A stretch of 64,000 nt of DNA, taken from NCBI GenBank assembly GCA_039028615.1, contig JBCCHT010000056.1, forward strand, positions 14,526 through 78,525. The letters run 5' to 3'. This document shows, in pieces, positions 8,503 to 18,401 of this stretch. A program made the position numbers and the translations under genes. The notes beneath the pieces are model-generated. The model saw only the letters and a list, made by a program, of their open reading frames with translations, did no database searches and was not told the DNA's origin. Origin of the DNA: Myxococcota bacterium. Lineage in GTDB: Bacteria > Myxococcota_A > Polyangia > Nannocystales > Nannocystaceae. Each line of letters opens with the position of its first letter. Position 1 is the first letter of the stretch.

Positions 8503-11500
8503 GTGTCCGCCCTCGTGGCCGCGGCGCTCGCGACTTCGCTTGCGAGCCTCCTCGAACGGCAGCGCCGAAGCGCGGGGAGCTTGGACCTCGACGCCGTGGT
8601 GTTGGTGAGCGCCACGTGGCTCGCCGCGGTGGGCATTGCGGCGACGATGCTCGCGCTCGTCGGGGGGTTCGGACCGATCTCGATGAGTGTCGTCACGGGG
8701 GTCGGTGCCGCGATCGCCTGGCCGTGGCGACAGCCCGTCGCTGCCCCGACAGATGTCCGGTCGCATCGCAAAACCCGGGCCGACGTCGTGTTTGGGCTGC
8801 TGTTGGTGCTCGGGGGTCTCGCCCTGCGCTGGCCGGTCGCCGACTATCCGCTGGCGGGGCGCGACCAGGGAACGTACACGCTTCGCGCTCAGCACACGCT
8901 GCGCGAGGGAAGGCTCGACGCCGTCGACCCCGTGCTCGCCGAGATCACCGAGACGCGCACGCGACCCGGACCGGCCGATCTCCAGGGACTGTACCAACGA
9001 CGCACCGAGCCCTGGCGTCGCAATCGCTACGAGGCCGCGTATCGACCCGGCTTCTACCTCGCCGACATCGACACCGGGCACGTGCGGCCGCAGTTCTTTC
9101 ACCTGCACCCGATGTTGATGGCGACGGCCGGGTTGGTCGTAGGCCCGACCAACGTCGTGGCGGTGACCTTCGTGTGGTCGGCCTTGGCCCTGCTCGCGCT
9201 GTGGGCCGTGGCGCGCCGACTGTGGCCGCGGGGACCCTGGGCATGGCTGGCGGCCGCGCTGTGGGCCTGCGCTCCGTTGGCGATCTGGGTGCAACGCAAT
9301 GGACTCAGCGAAGGCCCGGCCACGGTGTTCGTGTTGGCCTCGCTGCTCGCCGCCCTGCGGGTCCGCGACGGACGAGAGCCCGCGTTGGATCGGGCGGCGC
9401 TCTTGCTGGGGGCCAACGCCTGGGTGCGAGGCAACGGGTGGCTGGCGGTGCCGCTGGTGCTCGCCGCTCAGTGGCTCGTGCCGAGCGAGGAGTCGCGAAA
9501 TCGTCGGGCGGGACTGCTGTACGGGCTGATGTTCCTCGGCTCGGTGTTCGTGCACGCCCCCACGATCTTTCCCTACTTGAACGACGAGCTGCTGCGCCAG
9601 CTCCCGCTCGAAGTCCACCCCACGCCCTCGCTGCTCATCACCGCGTGCGTGGCCGGCATGGCGGCATGGTTCGCGATCGACGAGCTGAGCCCGCTGCGAC
9701 GACACGAAGCCCGCTGGCTGCCCGCGGCGCATCGCGTGGGGCCGTGGCTGCTCGCTGCGCTGGCGCTGGCGAGCGTGGCGGTCTATCTGAACCTGCGCGT
9801 CGAGCCGCTCGCCCGCCCCTTCAGCCGCCTCGATCCGGTGGCGCCGCTGCTCGGGTGGCCGGTGTTGGCCCTGGCCGCGGTCGGCCTCGGGCACGCGGTT
9901 CGGCACTGGCGCTCGAAGCCTTCGGCCGTCAACGCGTGGCTGCTCGGGCTCGGCGGGGTGCTGGTGGCGACGCTGTGGCTCTACGCCCAGCGCAACCTGC
10001 CGCAGCTGGGGCTCTACTACTACGGTCGCTACCTGGTGCCCGAGCTCGTGCCCGTGGTGCTGCTGCTGGCCGTGCAGGGCCTGCGCTCGATCTACGACCG
10101 GCTGCACGGCGACTCCCCCGGGCGCGCACGAAAGGGGCTCGCCGTCGCGGCCGCGGTGGCGGGAAGCGGCGCGATGGCATGGTTCACGGCCGGGATCTTG
10201 GTCACGCACCCGGTCACGCGACTGCAAGAGTTCGCGGGCGCGGATCGGGTCGTGGATCACCTGGCGGCGAAGCTCCCCGCCGACGCGATCGTGATCGCGG
10301 GCGGCGAGGGCTGGCATCGCGGCCATACCTTCAATCAGGTCGGAGGAGCGCTCGCGTTTCGCCATGGGCTCTCCGTGCTCCCCTATCGCAATCGAGAGGC
10401 CGCCTACGCGAGTCTGCACGAGCTGCTGATCGGACGGCCGGAGGCCACGGGAGAGCCCGCCCCGCCCGTGTTCTTGCTCCTCAACGAGGCGACCAAGGAT
10501 CACACGCGAGACCCGAAGGACCCCGAGGCCAAGATCCGCATCGCGGCGCTCGACGACCAGCTGCCGCCGCCTTTCGTGGCGCATCGGATCGACTTCGTGG
10601 AGATGTTGCTGCATCGCCTCACGCCGACCCACGAAGGCGCGCCCACCCGCGTCACTCGAGATGGCCTCCGTATGGCCCTGATGCGCATCGAGGTGGATCC
10701 GCTGCGCGCCGAGACCATCGAAGAGTGGACGCTGCATACCGAAGGCAAGACGTGGCGCCCCGAAGGTCCGGGCGAGCTGTTGGTGGACGGCGGCAAGCCC
10801 AAGGACGGCGCGCCCTGTCTCGGCGGCAAGCCCTTGGAAATCATCCTGCCCGAGCGCGGAGCCGCGGGGACCGGGCCCGTCTCGCTGGTCCTGGTCGCCG
10901 CTCCGGGCACCGCCGCTCGCAACGCTCGGCTCAAGGTCGCGGTCGACGGAGAGCGCATCGCTCTTTCACCCAAGCACGATGAAAAACGCTATCGCGACAC
11001 GCTGGGCCCCTACCCGCTCGCCACGCGTCCGCGTCGCATCCTCATCAAGGGACCCAAGAAGAAAAAGACCCGACGCGCTCGCTGTCCACGGGGTGGGCTG
11101 CTTCAAGTGCGACTGTTGGGGCCCGACCACGCGATGCTGGACGCCGCCGAGCGAAGCGCCGTGACTTTTGCCCCGCCGCTTTCGCTGGGGCATCCCGCGG
11201 TCCCCGTCGCGTGGGTCTCGGGCGCCGGGCTGTCGCGGGAGCGCCCGGGTATCACTCCAGAGCCTGAGCTTCGCGGGCTCTCAATGGTCGTGGGGCCCCA
11301 GCGACTTCGCTTTCCCCCGACGAGCATCCCCAGCGGCGGAGCGGTCCCCGTCGATCTGGTGCTCACGCTGACCGGCACCCGGCTGCATCCCGACGCGAGG
11401 TTGTGGGTCTACATCGATGGCGAGCCGCTCCCCGCCATCGACCCGCCCGACGACCGCAAGGGCTCGTGGCAGTCGCCCGCGTTGCCGTGGACCCCGACCG

Positions 11501-11622
11501 GGGACTACGCCCAGATCGAGCTCGAGCTTCGCGACGCGGGCACCGACGACCACGTGCTGCTCCGCGACATCGGACTGTTCTCACGCGCGACGCCGGAGCG
11601 AGGCTCGCTCGCCGAGCCCTAG
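8503..11622 (+). CDS. Large polytopic membrane glycosyltransferase (GT-C/GT39-like) with C-terminal soluble domains
   Basis: More than 12 hydrophobic helices, first-loop acidic motif GRDQGTY, PQFFHLHP, LSEGPA, YGRYLVP, then about 450 aa of soluble region. Confidence 0.65.
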   Translation: MSALVAAALATSLASLLERQRRSAGSLDLDAVVLVSATWLAAVGIAATMLALVGGFGPISMSVVTGVGAAIAWPWRQPVAAPTDVRSHRKTRADVVFGLLLVLGGLALRWPVADYPLAGRDQGTYTLRAQHTLREGRLDAVDPVLAEITETRTRPGPADLQGLYQRRTEPWRRNRYEAAYRPGFYLADIDTGHVRPQFFHLHPMLMATAGLVVGPTNVVAVTFVWSALALLALWAVARRLWPRGPWAWLAAALWACAPLAIWVQRNGLSEGPATVFVLASLLAALRVRDGREPALDRAALLLGANAWVRGNGWLAVPLVLAAQWLVPSEESRNRRAGLLYGLMFLGSVFVHAPTIFPYLNDELLRQLPLEVHPTPSLLITACVAGMAAWFAIDELSPLRRHEARWLPAAHRVGPWLLAALALASVAVYLNLRVEPLARPFSRLDPVAPLLGWPVLALAAVGLGHAVRHWRSKPSAVNAWLLGLGGVLVATLWLYAQRNLPQLGLYYYGRYLVPELVPVVLLLAVQGLRSIYDRLHGDSPGRARKGLAVAAAVAGSGAMAWFTAGILVTHPVTRLQEFAGADRVVDHLAAKLPADAIVIAGGEGWHRGHTFNQVGGALAFRHGLSVLPYRNREAAYASLHELLIGRPEATGEPAPPVFLLLNEATKDHTRDPKDPEAKIRIAALDDQLPPPFVAHRIDFVEMLLHRLTPTHEGAPTRVTRDGLRMALMRIEVDPLRAETIEEWTLHTEGKTWRPEGPGELLVDGGKPKDGAPCLGGKPLEIILPERGAAGTGPVSLVLVAAPGTAARNARLKVAVDGERIALSPKHDEKRYRDTLGPYPLATRPRRILIKGPKKKKTRRARCPRGGLLQVRLLGPDHAMLDAAERSAVTFAPPLSLGHPAVPVAWVSGAGLSRERPGITPEPELRGLSMVVGPQRLRFPPTSIPSGGAVPVDLVLTLTGTRLHPDARLWVYIDGEPLPAIDPPDDRKGSWQSPALPWTPTGDYAQIELELRDAGTDDHVLLRDIGLFSRATPERGSLAEP

Positions 11623-11751
11623 CCACGGCCGAGCAGCAGTCTTCACACGACGCCCGGGCCCGCGATCGGCTCCACGGGGACGAGGAGGGCGGTATCCTCC
11701 TGCCGTGCACACGTCATCGATGCTCGCCCCGAGCGACCGTGGAGGTGAAGC

Positions 11752-12531
11752 ATGAGTCGTCCATCGCGTCCGCTCGCCCTCGTCACCGGAGCCAGTCGCG
11801 GCATCGGACGGAGGACCGCCCTCGCCCTCGCTGCCGACCATGATCTTCTGCTGGTCGGGCGCAACGAAGCGACCCTCGCTCCCGTGGCCGAGGAGGTCCG
11901 GCAGCAGGGTACGGCGACCGTGTCCACATTCGCGGCCGACCTCGCCGACACGGACAGCCGCACCGCCCTGGTCGAAGCCTTGCGCGCCCAGGACCCTCCC
12001 GTGCGCGTGCTGGTCAACAACGCGGGGGTCGCCGTTTCGTCACCGCTGCACAAGACGGACGCCGCGGGCTGGGCCAGCACCCTCGAGCTCAACCTCGCCG
12101 CGCCCTTTTGGCTGACCCAGGTCGTGGTCCCGGCCATGAAGGAAGCACGATGGGGGCGAATCATCAACATCGCCTCCACCGCGGCGCTCAAGGGCTACCG
12201 CTATACGGCCGCCTACTCGGCCAGCAAGGGCGGGCTGGTCGCGCTGACCCGAGCCTTGGCCGCGGAGCTTTCGGGGCGGGGCATCACCGTCAACGCGATC
12301 TGCCCCGGCTTCACCGACACCTCGATCGCCGCGGACGCGGTCCAGAACATCGCGAGCAAGACCGGGCGCAGCGCGGACGAGGCCCGGGCCAACCTCGAAG
12401 GTTTTTCACCGCTGGGACGGCTGGTCGACCCCGCCGAGGTCGCGGCCATGGTCGCGTACCTGGCCAGTGACGCGGCCGCAGCGGTCAACGGCCAGACCCT
12501 GGCCATCGACGGAGGAGAGACGACCCAATGA
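11752..12531 (+). CDS. SDR family NAD(P)-dependent oxidoreductase
   Basis: TGASRGIG, NNAG, YSASK catalytic motif, VNAICPG; SD GGAGGT upstream. Confidence 0.92.
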   Translation: MSRPSRPLALVTGASRGIGRRTALALAADHDLLLVGRNEATLAPVAEEVRQQGTATVSTFAADLADTDSRTALVEALRAQDPPVRVLVNNAGVAVSSPLHKTDAAGWASTLELNLAAPFWLTQVVVPAMKEARWGRIINIASTAALKGYRYTAAYSASKGGLVALTRALAAELSGRGITVNAICPGFTDTSIAADAVQNIASKTGRSADEARANLEGFSPLGRLVDPAEVAAMVAYLASDAAAAVNGQTLAIDGGETTQ

Positions 12532-12941
12532 GCGACCCTCGCATCGTGCAACCCGAAGGCTGGAAGCGCCCCCGCGGCTACTCCAACGGCATGGCCGCGT
12601 CCGGCGAGATGCTGTCGGTGGCCGGCATGATCGGCTGGGACGCCGACGAAAAACTCGTCTCGACCGAGTTCCTCCCGCAGTTCGAGCAGGCCCTGCGCAA
12701 CGTGGTGGCCGTGGTCGAGGCCGCGGGCGGGCAGGCCCGGCACCTCATCTCGCTGACCATCTACGTCACCGACAAGCGCCAGTACATCGCGGCCGGAGCC
12801 GCGCTCGGCCAGATCTATCGCTCGGTGATGGGCAAGCACTTCCCCACCATGGCGCTCGTCCAGGTCGCGGCGCTGCTCGAGGACGCCGCCCTCGTCGAGA
12901 TCCAAGGCCTCGCCGTCCTTCCTCCCCAGGCCGACCAATGA
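12528..12941 (+). CDS. RidA/YjgF family protein
   Basis: QPEGWKRPRGYSNG, QFEQALRNV, GKHFPTMALVQVAAL, VEIQG; ATGA overlap with the SDR gene. Confidence 0.9.
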   Translation: MSDPRIVQPEGWKRPRGYSNGMAASGEMLSVAGMIGWDADEKLVSTEFLPQFEQALRNVVAVVEAAGGQARHLISLTIYVTDKRQYIAAGAALGQIYRSVMGKHFPTMALVQVAALLEDAALVEIQGLAVLPPQADQ

Positions 12942-13792
12942 GCGACACGCCTCCCGACTTCCGCCCCCTGCCCTTCCCCACGCCCCGCAGCTTCCGCTAC
13001 GAGGAGCGCGACCAGGTCGGCATCATCACCCTCCATCGACCGGACCGCTTCAACGCCCTGACCTTCGAGGTCTACCGCGAGCTGACCGACTTCTTTCAGG
13101 TGGTGGAGCGGCGCAGCCTCGACCCCAGCGGCGAAGGGGCCCGCGCTCTGGTGCTGCGCGGCGAGGGCAAGGCCTTCTGCAGCGGCGGCGATGTCGAGGA
13201 CATCATCGGACACCTCTTCGACCGCGACATGGAGGGCCTGCTGCGCTTCACCCGGATGACCGGGGAGCTGATCGAGTCGATGCGCATGTGCAAGCTCCCC
13301 ATCGTCGCCAGCGTGAAGCGGGTGGCGGCCGGAGCGGGCGCGGTCATGGCCCTGGCCAGCGATCTGCGGGTCATGGGGCGCAAGGCCTTCTTCGCGTTCC
13401 TGTTCCCGCAGGTCGGCCTCAGCGGCGCGGACATGGGGGCGTCGTACCTGCTGCCGCGCATCGTCGGGCTGGGTCACGCCTCCGAGATCCTGATGACCGG
13501 CGAGCGGATCTACGCCGAGCGCTGCCACCAGATCGGCCTGGCCAACACCCTGGTCGAGGACGAAGATCCGGCCGCCGTCGACGAAGCCGCGTTCGGCCGC
13601 GCCAAGGGGCTGGCCGCCGGCCCGCACTTTGCCCTCCGCATGACCAAGACCATGCTGGGCCGCGAGCTCGACATGGACCTGCGCACCGCGATCGAAGCCG
13701 AGGCCCAAGCCCAGGCGATCTGCATGCAACACCCCGATTTTCGCGAGGCCAACGCGGCCTGGAGCGAGAAGCGTGCCCCTCGCTGGAAGTGA
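12938..13792 (+). CDS. Enoyl-CoA hydratase/isomerase family protein
   Basis: ITLHRPDRFNALTF, AFCSGGDV, AAGAG, FLFPQVGLSGADMGA; ATGA overlap with RidA. Confidence 0.9.
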   Translation: MSDTPPDFRPLPFPTPRSFRYEERDQVGIITLHRPDRFNALTFEVYRELTDFFQVVERRSLDPSGEGARALVLRGEGKAFCSGGDVEDIIGHLFDRDMEGLLRFTRMTGELIESMRMCKLPIVASVKRVAAGAGAVMALASDLRVMGRKAFFAFLFPQVGLSGADMGASYLLPRIVGLGHASEILMTGERIYAERCHQIGLANTLVEDEDPAAVDEAAFGRAKGLAAGPHFALRMTKTMLGRELDMDLRTAIEAEAQAQAICMQHPDFREANAAWSEKRAPRWK

Positions 13793-13800
13793 ACCCGACC

Positions 13801-14982
13801 ATGCTCCAGGCCCCTCATATTCTCGACCGTGATCTCGGCGTCATCGGAGGCGACCTCGCCCAGTGGTCCGCCCTCGAAAAGCACCTCGAGGCCTTCGTGG
13901 CCGTGCTGGCCGAAGACCCCATCGACGAGTCCGACGAACACGGAGCCGCGCGCGAGTACGTGCGTCGCCTCGCCGCCGCCGACCTGCTGCGCTTGATGGT
14001 GCCGGGCAAGCACGGGGGCGCCTACGAACGCCCCGAGTCCACGCCCATCTGCCTCGCCCGTCAGTGGCTGGCCCGCCATAGCGGCGCGCTCGATACCGCC
14101 TTCGTCATGCAGGGGCTGGGCTCCTACCCCGTGACGCAGGCCGGCGCTCCCGCCCTGCAGGCGCAGCTGCTGCCGCAGGTCGCTCGCGGAGAGCAGATCT
14201 GTGCCTTCGCCCTGACCGAGCCCAACGCCGGGTCCGACGTCAGCGGCATGAAGACCGTGGCCGAACCCGACGGCCGAGGCGGGGTGCGGCTCAACGGCGA
14301 GAAGTGCTTCATCTCCAACGCGGGCATCGCCGACAGCTACGTCGTGTTCGCCCGCGAGGCCGAGGACACCCCGGAGGGCAAGCCTCGCTACGGCGCGTTC
14401 TGGATGTCCGGGCTCGCCGAGGGCCTCGAGGTCGAGCCGACCCACGTCATCGCGCCGCATCCCATCGGTACCCTGCGCTTCAACGACGTATCCATCCCGG
14501 CCGAGCATCGACTGGGTGAGCCGGGGGATGGCCTGCGCATCGCTCTGGGCACGCTGGATCTGTTCCGCGTGACGGTGGGTGCCGCCGCGCTCGGCTTTGC
14601 CGATCGGGCGCTGACCGAGGCAGTCACGCACCTGCGCGGCCGGGTGCAGTTCGGCAAGCCGCTCGCCAAGCAGCAGGGCCTGCGCTTCGCCCTGGCCGAG
14701 GTGGTCACCGAGCACACCGCGGCGCAGGTGCTCGTGTACCGGGCCGCCGCCGAGCGCGACGAAGGCCGAGCCACCCCGGACATGCCGGCCATGGCCAAGC
14801 TCTACGCGACCGAGACGGCCCAGCGCGTCGTCGACCGAGCCGTGCAGAGCCTCGGTGGGCTGGGCGTGACCGTCGGGCAAGCCACCGAGCGGCTCTACCG
14901 AGAGGTTCGAGCGCTGCGCATCTACGAGGGCACGAGCGAGATCCAGAAGTTGGTCATCGCTCGTTCGCTCTTCGGTCGCTGA
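13801..14982 (+). CDS. Acyl-CoA dehydrogenase family protein
   Basis: [60 protein letters not shown]. Confidence 0.92.
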   Translation: MLQAPHILDRDLGVIGGDLAQWSALEKHLEAFVAVLAEDPIDESDEHGAAREYVRRLAAADLLRLMVPGKHGGAYERPESTPICLARQWLARHSGALDTAFVMQGLGSYPVTQAGAPALQAQLLPQVARGEQICAFALTEPNAGSDVSGMKTVAEPDGRGGVRLNGEKCFISNAGIADSYVVFAREAEDTPEGKPRYGAFWMSGLAEGLEVEPTHVIAPHPIGTLRFNDVSIPAEHRLGEPGDGLRIALGTLDLFRVTVGAAALGFADRALTEAVTHLRGRVQFGKPLAKQQGLRFALAEVVTEHTAAQVLVYRAAAERDEGRATPDMPAMAKLYATETAQRVVDRAVQSLGGLGVTVGQATERLYREVRALRIYEGTSEIQKLVIARSLFGR

Positions 14983-15976
14983 ACAGCGCCTCGAGCACCC
15001 GCTGCGCCGCCGCCTCGGGGGCCAAGTCCCCGGCGCGGACCGGCGCCCGCACGCTGCCGAGCACCTGCTGGGCGTCGGCGTCGGCCGCCAGCGCGTCCTG
15101 CAGGCCTTCTTCGATCGCGCGCCACAGCCAACGCACCCGCTGCTCGCCGCGCCGCGAATCCCAGACGCCCGCCTCTCGCAACGCATCGCGGTGCTCGAGC
15201 ACCGCGTCCCACAGCGCGTCGAGGCCATCGCCCGTCTGCGCGGAGCAGGTCTGCACCCGAGCCCGCCACGCGGGGCTGCGCGGCGGCATGAGGTCGAGCG
15301 AGCCCCCGTACTCCACCGCCGCCCGCCGAGCCGCCTGCACGTTGTCGCCGTCGGCCTTGGTCACCACCAGCAGATCGGCCAGCTCCAGGATGCCGCGCTT
15401 GATGCCCTGGAGCTCGTCGCCGCCCCCGGCCAGCGTGAGGACGAGGAAGAAGTCGACCATGTCGGCGACCATGACCTCGCTCTGACCCACGCCCACCGTC
15501 TCGACCAGGACCACGTCGTAGCCCGCGGCCTCGACCAGGGTGATCGTCTCGCGAGTTCTCCGGGCCACGCCTCCCAGGGTGCCGTCGGAGGGCGAAGGCC
15601 GAATGAAGGCCGCGGGATCGCGGGCCAGCTCCTGCATGCGGGTCTTGTCGCCGAGGATGCTGCCCCCGCTGCGCGCCGAGCTCGGGTCGACCGCCAGCAC
15701 GGCCACGCGATGCCCCTTGGCGGTGAGCGAGCCGCCGAGCGCCTCGATGAGGGTGCTCTTGCCGACGCCCGGCATGCCCGTGATGCCGACCCGCAGCGCC
15801 TGACCACCGTGGGGCAGCAGCTCGGCGAGGATCTGCTGGGCGAGCGCGCGATCGGCCTCGCGACGGCTCTCCACCAGCGTGATGGCCCGCCCGAGCGCCG
15901 ACCGATTGCCCTGCCGCAGACGCGGCAGTTCCACTTCGGGATCGAAGCGAGGGCGTCGCGGCGGTCGACCGGTCAC
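14954..15976 (-). CDS. meaB: Methylmalonyl-CoA mutase-associated GTPase MeaB/ArgK
   Basis: [61 protein letters not shown]. Start (GTG 15976) is approximate. Confidence 0.9.
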   Translation of the reverse strand: MTGRPPRRPRFDPEVELPRLRQGNRSALGRAITLVESRREADRALAQQILAELLPHGGQALRVGITGMPGVGKSTLIEALGGSLTAKGHRVAVLAVDPSSARSGGSILGDKTRMQELARDPAAFIRPSPSDGTLGGVARRTRETITLVEAAGYDVVLVETVGVGQSEVMVADMVDFFLVLTLAGGGDELQGIKRGILELADLLVVTKADGDNVQAARRAAVEYGGSLDLMPPRSPAWRARVQTCSAQTGDGLDALWDAVLEHRDALREAGVWDSRRGEQRVRWLWRAIEEGLQDALAADADAQQVLGSVRAPVRAGDLAPEAAAQRVLEALFSDRRANER

Positions 15977-16064
15977 CCCAGTGACATCGCACGTTGGTGG
16001 CGCCTCGCCAAGCCCACATCCCGGCCGGGACACAGTTGTACTCTCTCCCTGCGCTCCGCCAGCC

Positions 16065-17078
16065 ATGTCCCGCCCTTCACCACCCGCGTCGCGGCCCTCC
16101 GCGCGATGCTTCGTCGACTGGGCGGAGCACTGCAGCCGCTCGGAGGCCATGGCGCGGGCCTTGAACATGGAGCTGGTCCGGCACCATCGCCCCAACCGCG
16201 GGCTCGCTTCGATGCCGCGCAAGTACGCCACCCAGGCCGCGCTGACCCTGCTCGACCTGTGGCGCCTGCGGCCCCGGGCGGTGGCGTGCATGAGCCCGTC
16301 GCCGCTGACCGCCCTGCCCGTGTGGCTGTACTGCCGGGCGACCGGGGCGCGCTTCGTGATCGATGCGCACACGGGGGCATTCATCGGACCGCCGTGGGAG
16401 CGCTTCGCCGCGATCAGCCGCTTCTTCTGCGGGCGGGCGGACCTCACCATCGTGACCAATCGGGAGCTCGCGGGACGGGTCGAGGAGGCAGGCGGAACGG
16501 CGCTGGTGATCCCCGACGTGCCCACGGAGCAGCATCCCCCCGAGCCCGCCGCGCGAGCGAAGGAGCCGGTCGCCGTGTTCGTGTCGTCGTTCGCTCAGGA
16601 CGAGCCGATCGACGTCGTGATCGAAGCGGCGCGCCGCTGCCCGGACGTACGCGTGAAGGTGACCGGCCGCCCCAAGGGACCGGGCGCGCGGGTGCTGGCG
16701 AGCGCTCCGGCCAATGTCGAGTCCCTGGGGTTCGTCAGTCGGCAGACCTACCTGGCCGAGATCGCCAACGCCGACGTCGTGATCGCGCTGACGACCCGGG
16801 ACCACACCATGCAACGCGGGGCGTACGAGGCGATCTATCTCGGGACGCCCGTGATCGTCTCCGACTGGCCACTGCTGCGCGAGCACTTCGCCGACGGAGG
16901 CCTGGTGAGCGCGAACGAAGCGGGGGCCCTAGCACAGTGCCTGCGTCGCGCGATCGAGCAACGCGAGCACCTCGCCGTCTCGGCCCAGCGCCTGCGTGAA
17001 CGCAAGCTGGCCCGGTGGGACGACAACTGCAAGCAAATCGAGCGCGTCCTCGACGGCGCGGCGGGAGGTGCCGCATGA
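16065..17078 (+). CDS. GT-B glycosyltransferase (GT4-like)
   Basis: [48 protein letters not shown]; first gene of a glycan operon. Confidence 0.8.
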   Translation: MSRPSPPASRPSARCFVDWAEHCSRSEAMARALNMELVRHHRPNRGLASMPRKYATQAALTLLDLWRLRPRAVACMSPSPLTALPVWLYCRATGARFVIDAHTGAFIGPPWERFAAISRFFCGRADLTIVTNRELAGRVEEAGGTALVIPDVPTEQHPPEPAARAKEPVAVFVSSFAQDEPIDVVIEAARRCPDVRVKVTGRPKGPGARVLASAPANVESLGFVSRQTYLAEIANADVVIALTTRDHTMQRGAYEAIYLGTPVIVSDWPLLREHFADGGLVSANEAGALAQCLRRAIEQREHLAVSAQRLRERKLARWDDNCKQIERVLDGAAGGAA

Positions 17079-18373
17079 CCACCTGCGTCTTGGGGCTGGG
17101 CTACGTGGGCACCGTCGTCGCGGTGACCCTGGCGCGGCGGGGCAACGACGTCGTGGGGGTCGACATCGATGCGGACAAGGTCCAGCTATTACGAGAGGGC
17201 CGGGCTTCGTTCGCGGAACCGGGGCTCGACGAGGCCATCGCCGAGGTGCGCGATCGATTGGACGCCACCACCGATACCGCGGCCGCCCTCGCTCGAGCCG
17301 ATGTGGTGGTCATCTGCGTGGGCACTCCGACGGGCGCGGACGGACGACCCGACCTGCGCGCGCTCGATCGAGTCACACAGCAGCTCGGCGAAGGCCTACG
17401 ACAGCCCAGCGAAACCCCGCGGACCCTCGTGCTACGCAGCACGGTGCCGCCCGGGACCAGCTGGACGCGCCTCGTTCCCGCCATCGAGCAGGCCAGCGGC
17501 CGAACGCACGGTGAAGGGTGGCGGCTGGTGTTCTCGCCCGAGTTCCTGCGCGAAGGCTCGGCCTTGGCCGACGCCAGCGCCCCTCCCCTCACCGTGCTGG
17601 GCGCCGCGGACCCCGACCACGCCGCGCCGTATCTCGAGCGACTGGGGCCCGCGCCCGACTCGATCGTCCACACCTCCTTCGAAGCGGCCGAGCTGCTCAA
17701 GTACTCGAGCAATGCCTTCCATGCGATGAAGGTCGCCTTCGCCAACGAGATCGGCGCGCTGTCTCACTCGATCGGGGTCGACGGACGCGAGGTCATGGAC
17801 CTGCTGTGCCGCGACACGGTGCTCAACATCTCGCCCGCGTACCTCCGCCCCGGCAACCCCTTCGGCGGCTCGTGCCTGCCCAAAGACCTGCGAGCCCTCG
17901 GCTCCGAAGCGGCGCAGCGGGGCCTTCGGTTGCCGCTGCTGAGTTCGATCCTGCCGGCCAACGACGCCCAGCTCGCGCGCCTGACCCAGGCGGTGGTCGA
18001 TACGAAGGCGCAGCGGATCGGCATCGTGGGCCTGGCCTTCAAAGAAGACACCGACGACCTGCGCCACAGCCCCATGCTCGAGCTCGTGCGCCGGCTGCTG
18101 CACGATCAACGCGAGCTGTGGATTCACGATCCTCGGGTCGGTGCCGCCACGCTGAGGGGCCGCAACCTGCGGGCCGCCCAGCTCGGTGTGCCGCACCTCG
18201 ACGCCAAGCTCGTGCCGCGGCTCGAGACCCTCGCCGACCGCTGCGAAGCGGTGGTCCTGGCCCGCCTCATCGACCCCGCGCTGGCGCCCCGCCTCCGCGA
18301 CCGGGCGATCATCGACATCGCGGGCAACGACGCCCTCGCCGACCTGCCCCGCTATCGCGCCATCGCGTGGTGA
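17075..18373 (+). CDS. GDP-mannose/UDP-glucose 6-dehydrogenase (AlgD-like)
   Basis: GLGYVG, ICVGTP, RSTVPPGT, PEFLREG, LNISPAYLRPG, GGSCLPKD, GLAFKEDTDDLRHSP; ATGA overlap. Confidence 0.88.
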   Translation: MTTCVLGLGYVGTVVAVTLARRGNDVVGVDIDADKVQLLREGRASFAEPGLDEAIAEVRDRLDATTDTAAALARADVVVICVGTPTGADGRPDLRALDRVTQQLGEGLRQPSETPRTLVLRSTVPPGTSWTRLVPAIEQASGRTHGEGWRLVFSPEFLREGSALADASAPPLTVLGAADPDHAAPYLERLGPAPDSIVHTSFEAAELLKYSSNAFHAMKVAFANEIGALSHSIGVDGREVMDLLCRDTVLNISPAYLRPGNPFGGSCLPKDLRALGSEAAQRGLRLPLLSSILPANDAQLARLTQAVVDTKAQRIGIVGLAFKEDTDDLRHSPMLELVRRLLHDQRELWIHDPRVGAATLRGRNLRAAQLGVPHLDAKLVPRLETLADRCEAVVLARLIDPALAPRLRDRAIIDIAGNDALADLPRYRAIAW

Positions 18374-18401
18374 TCGGCGGGTCCTGCTACACTGAGTCAT
18401 C

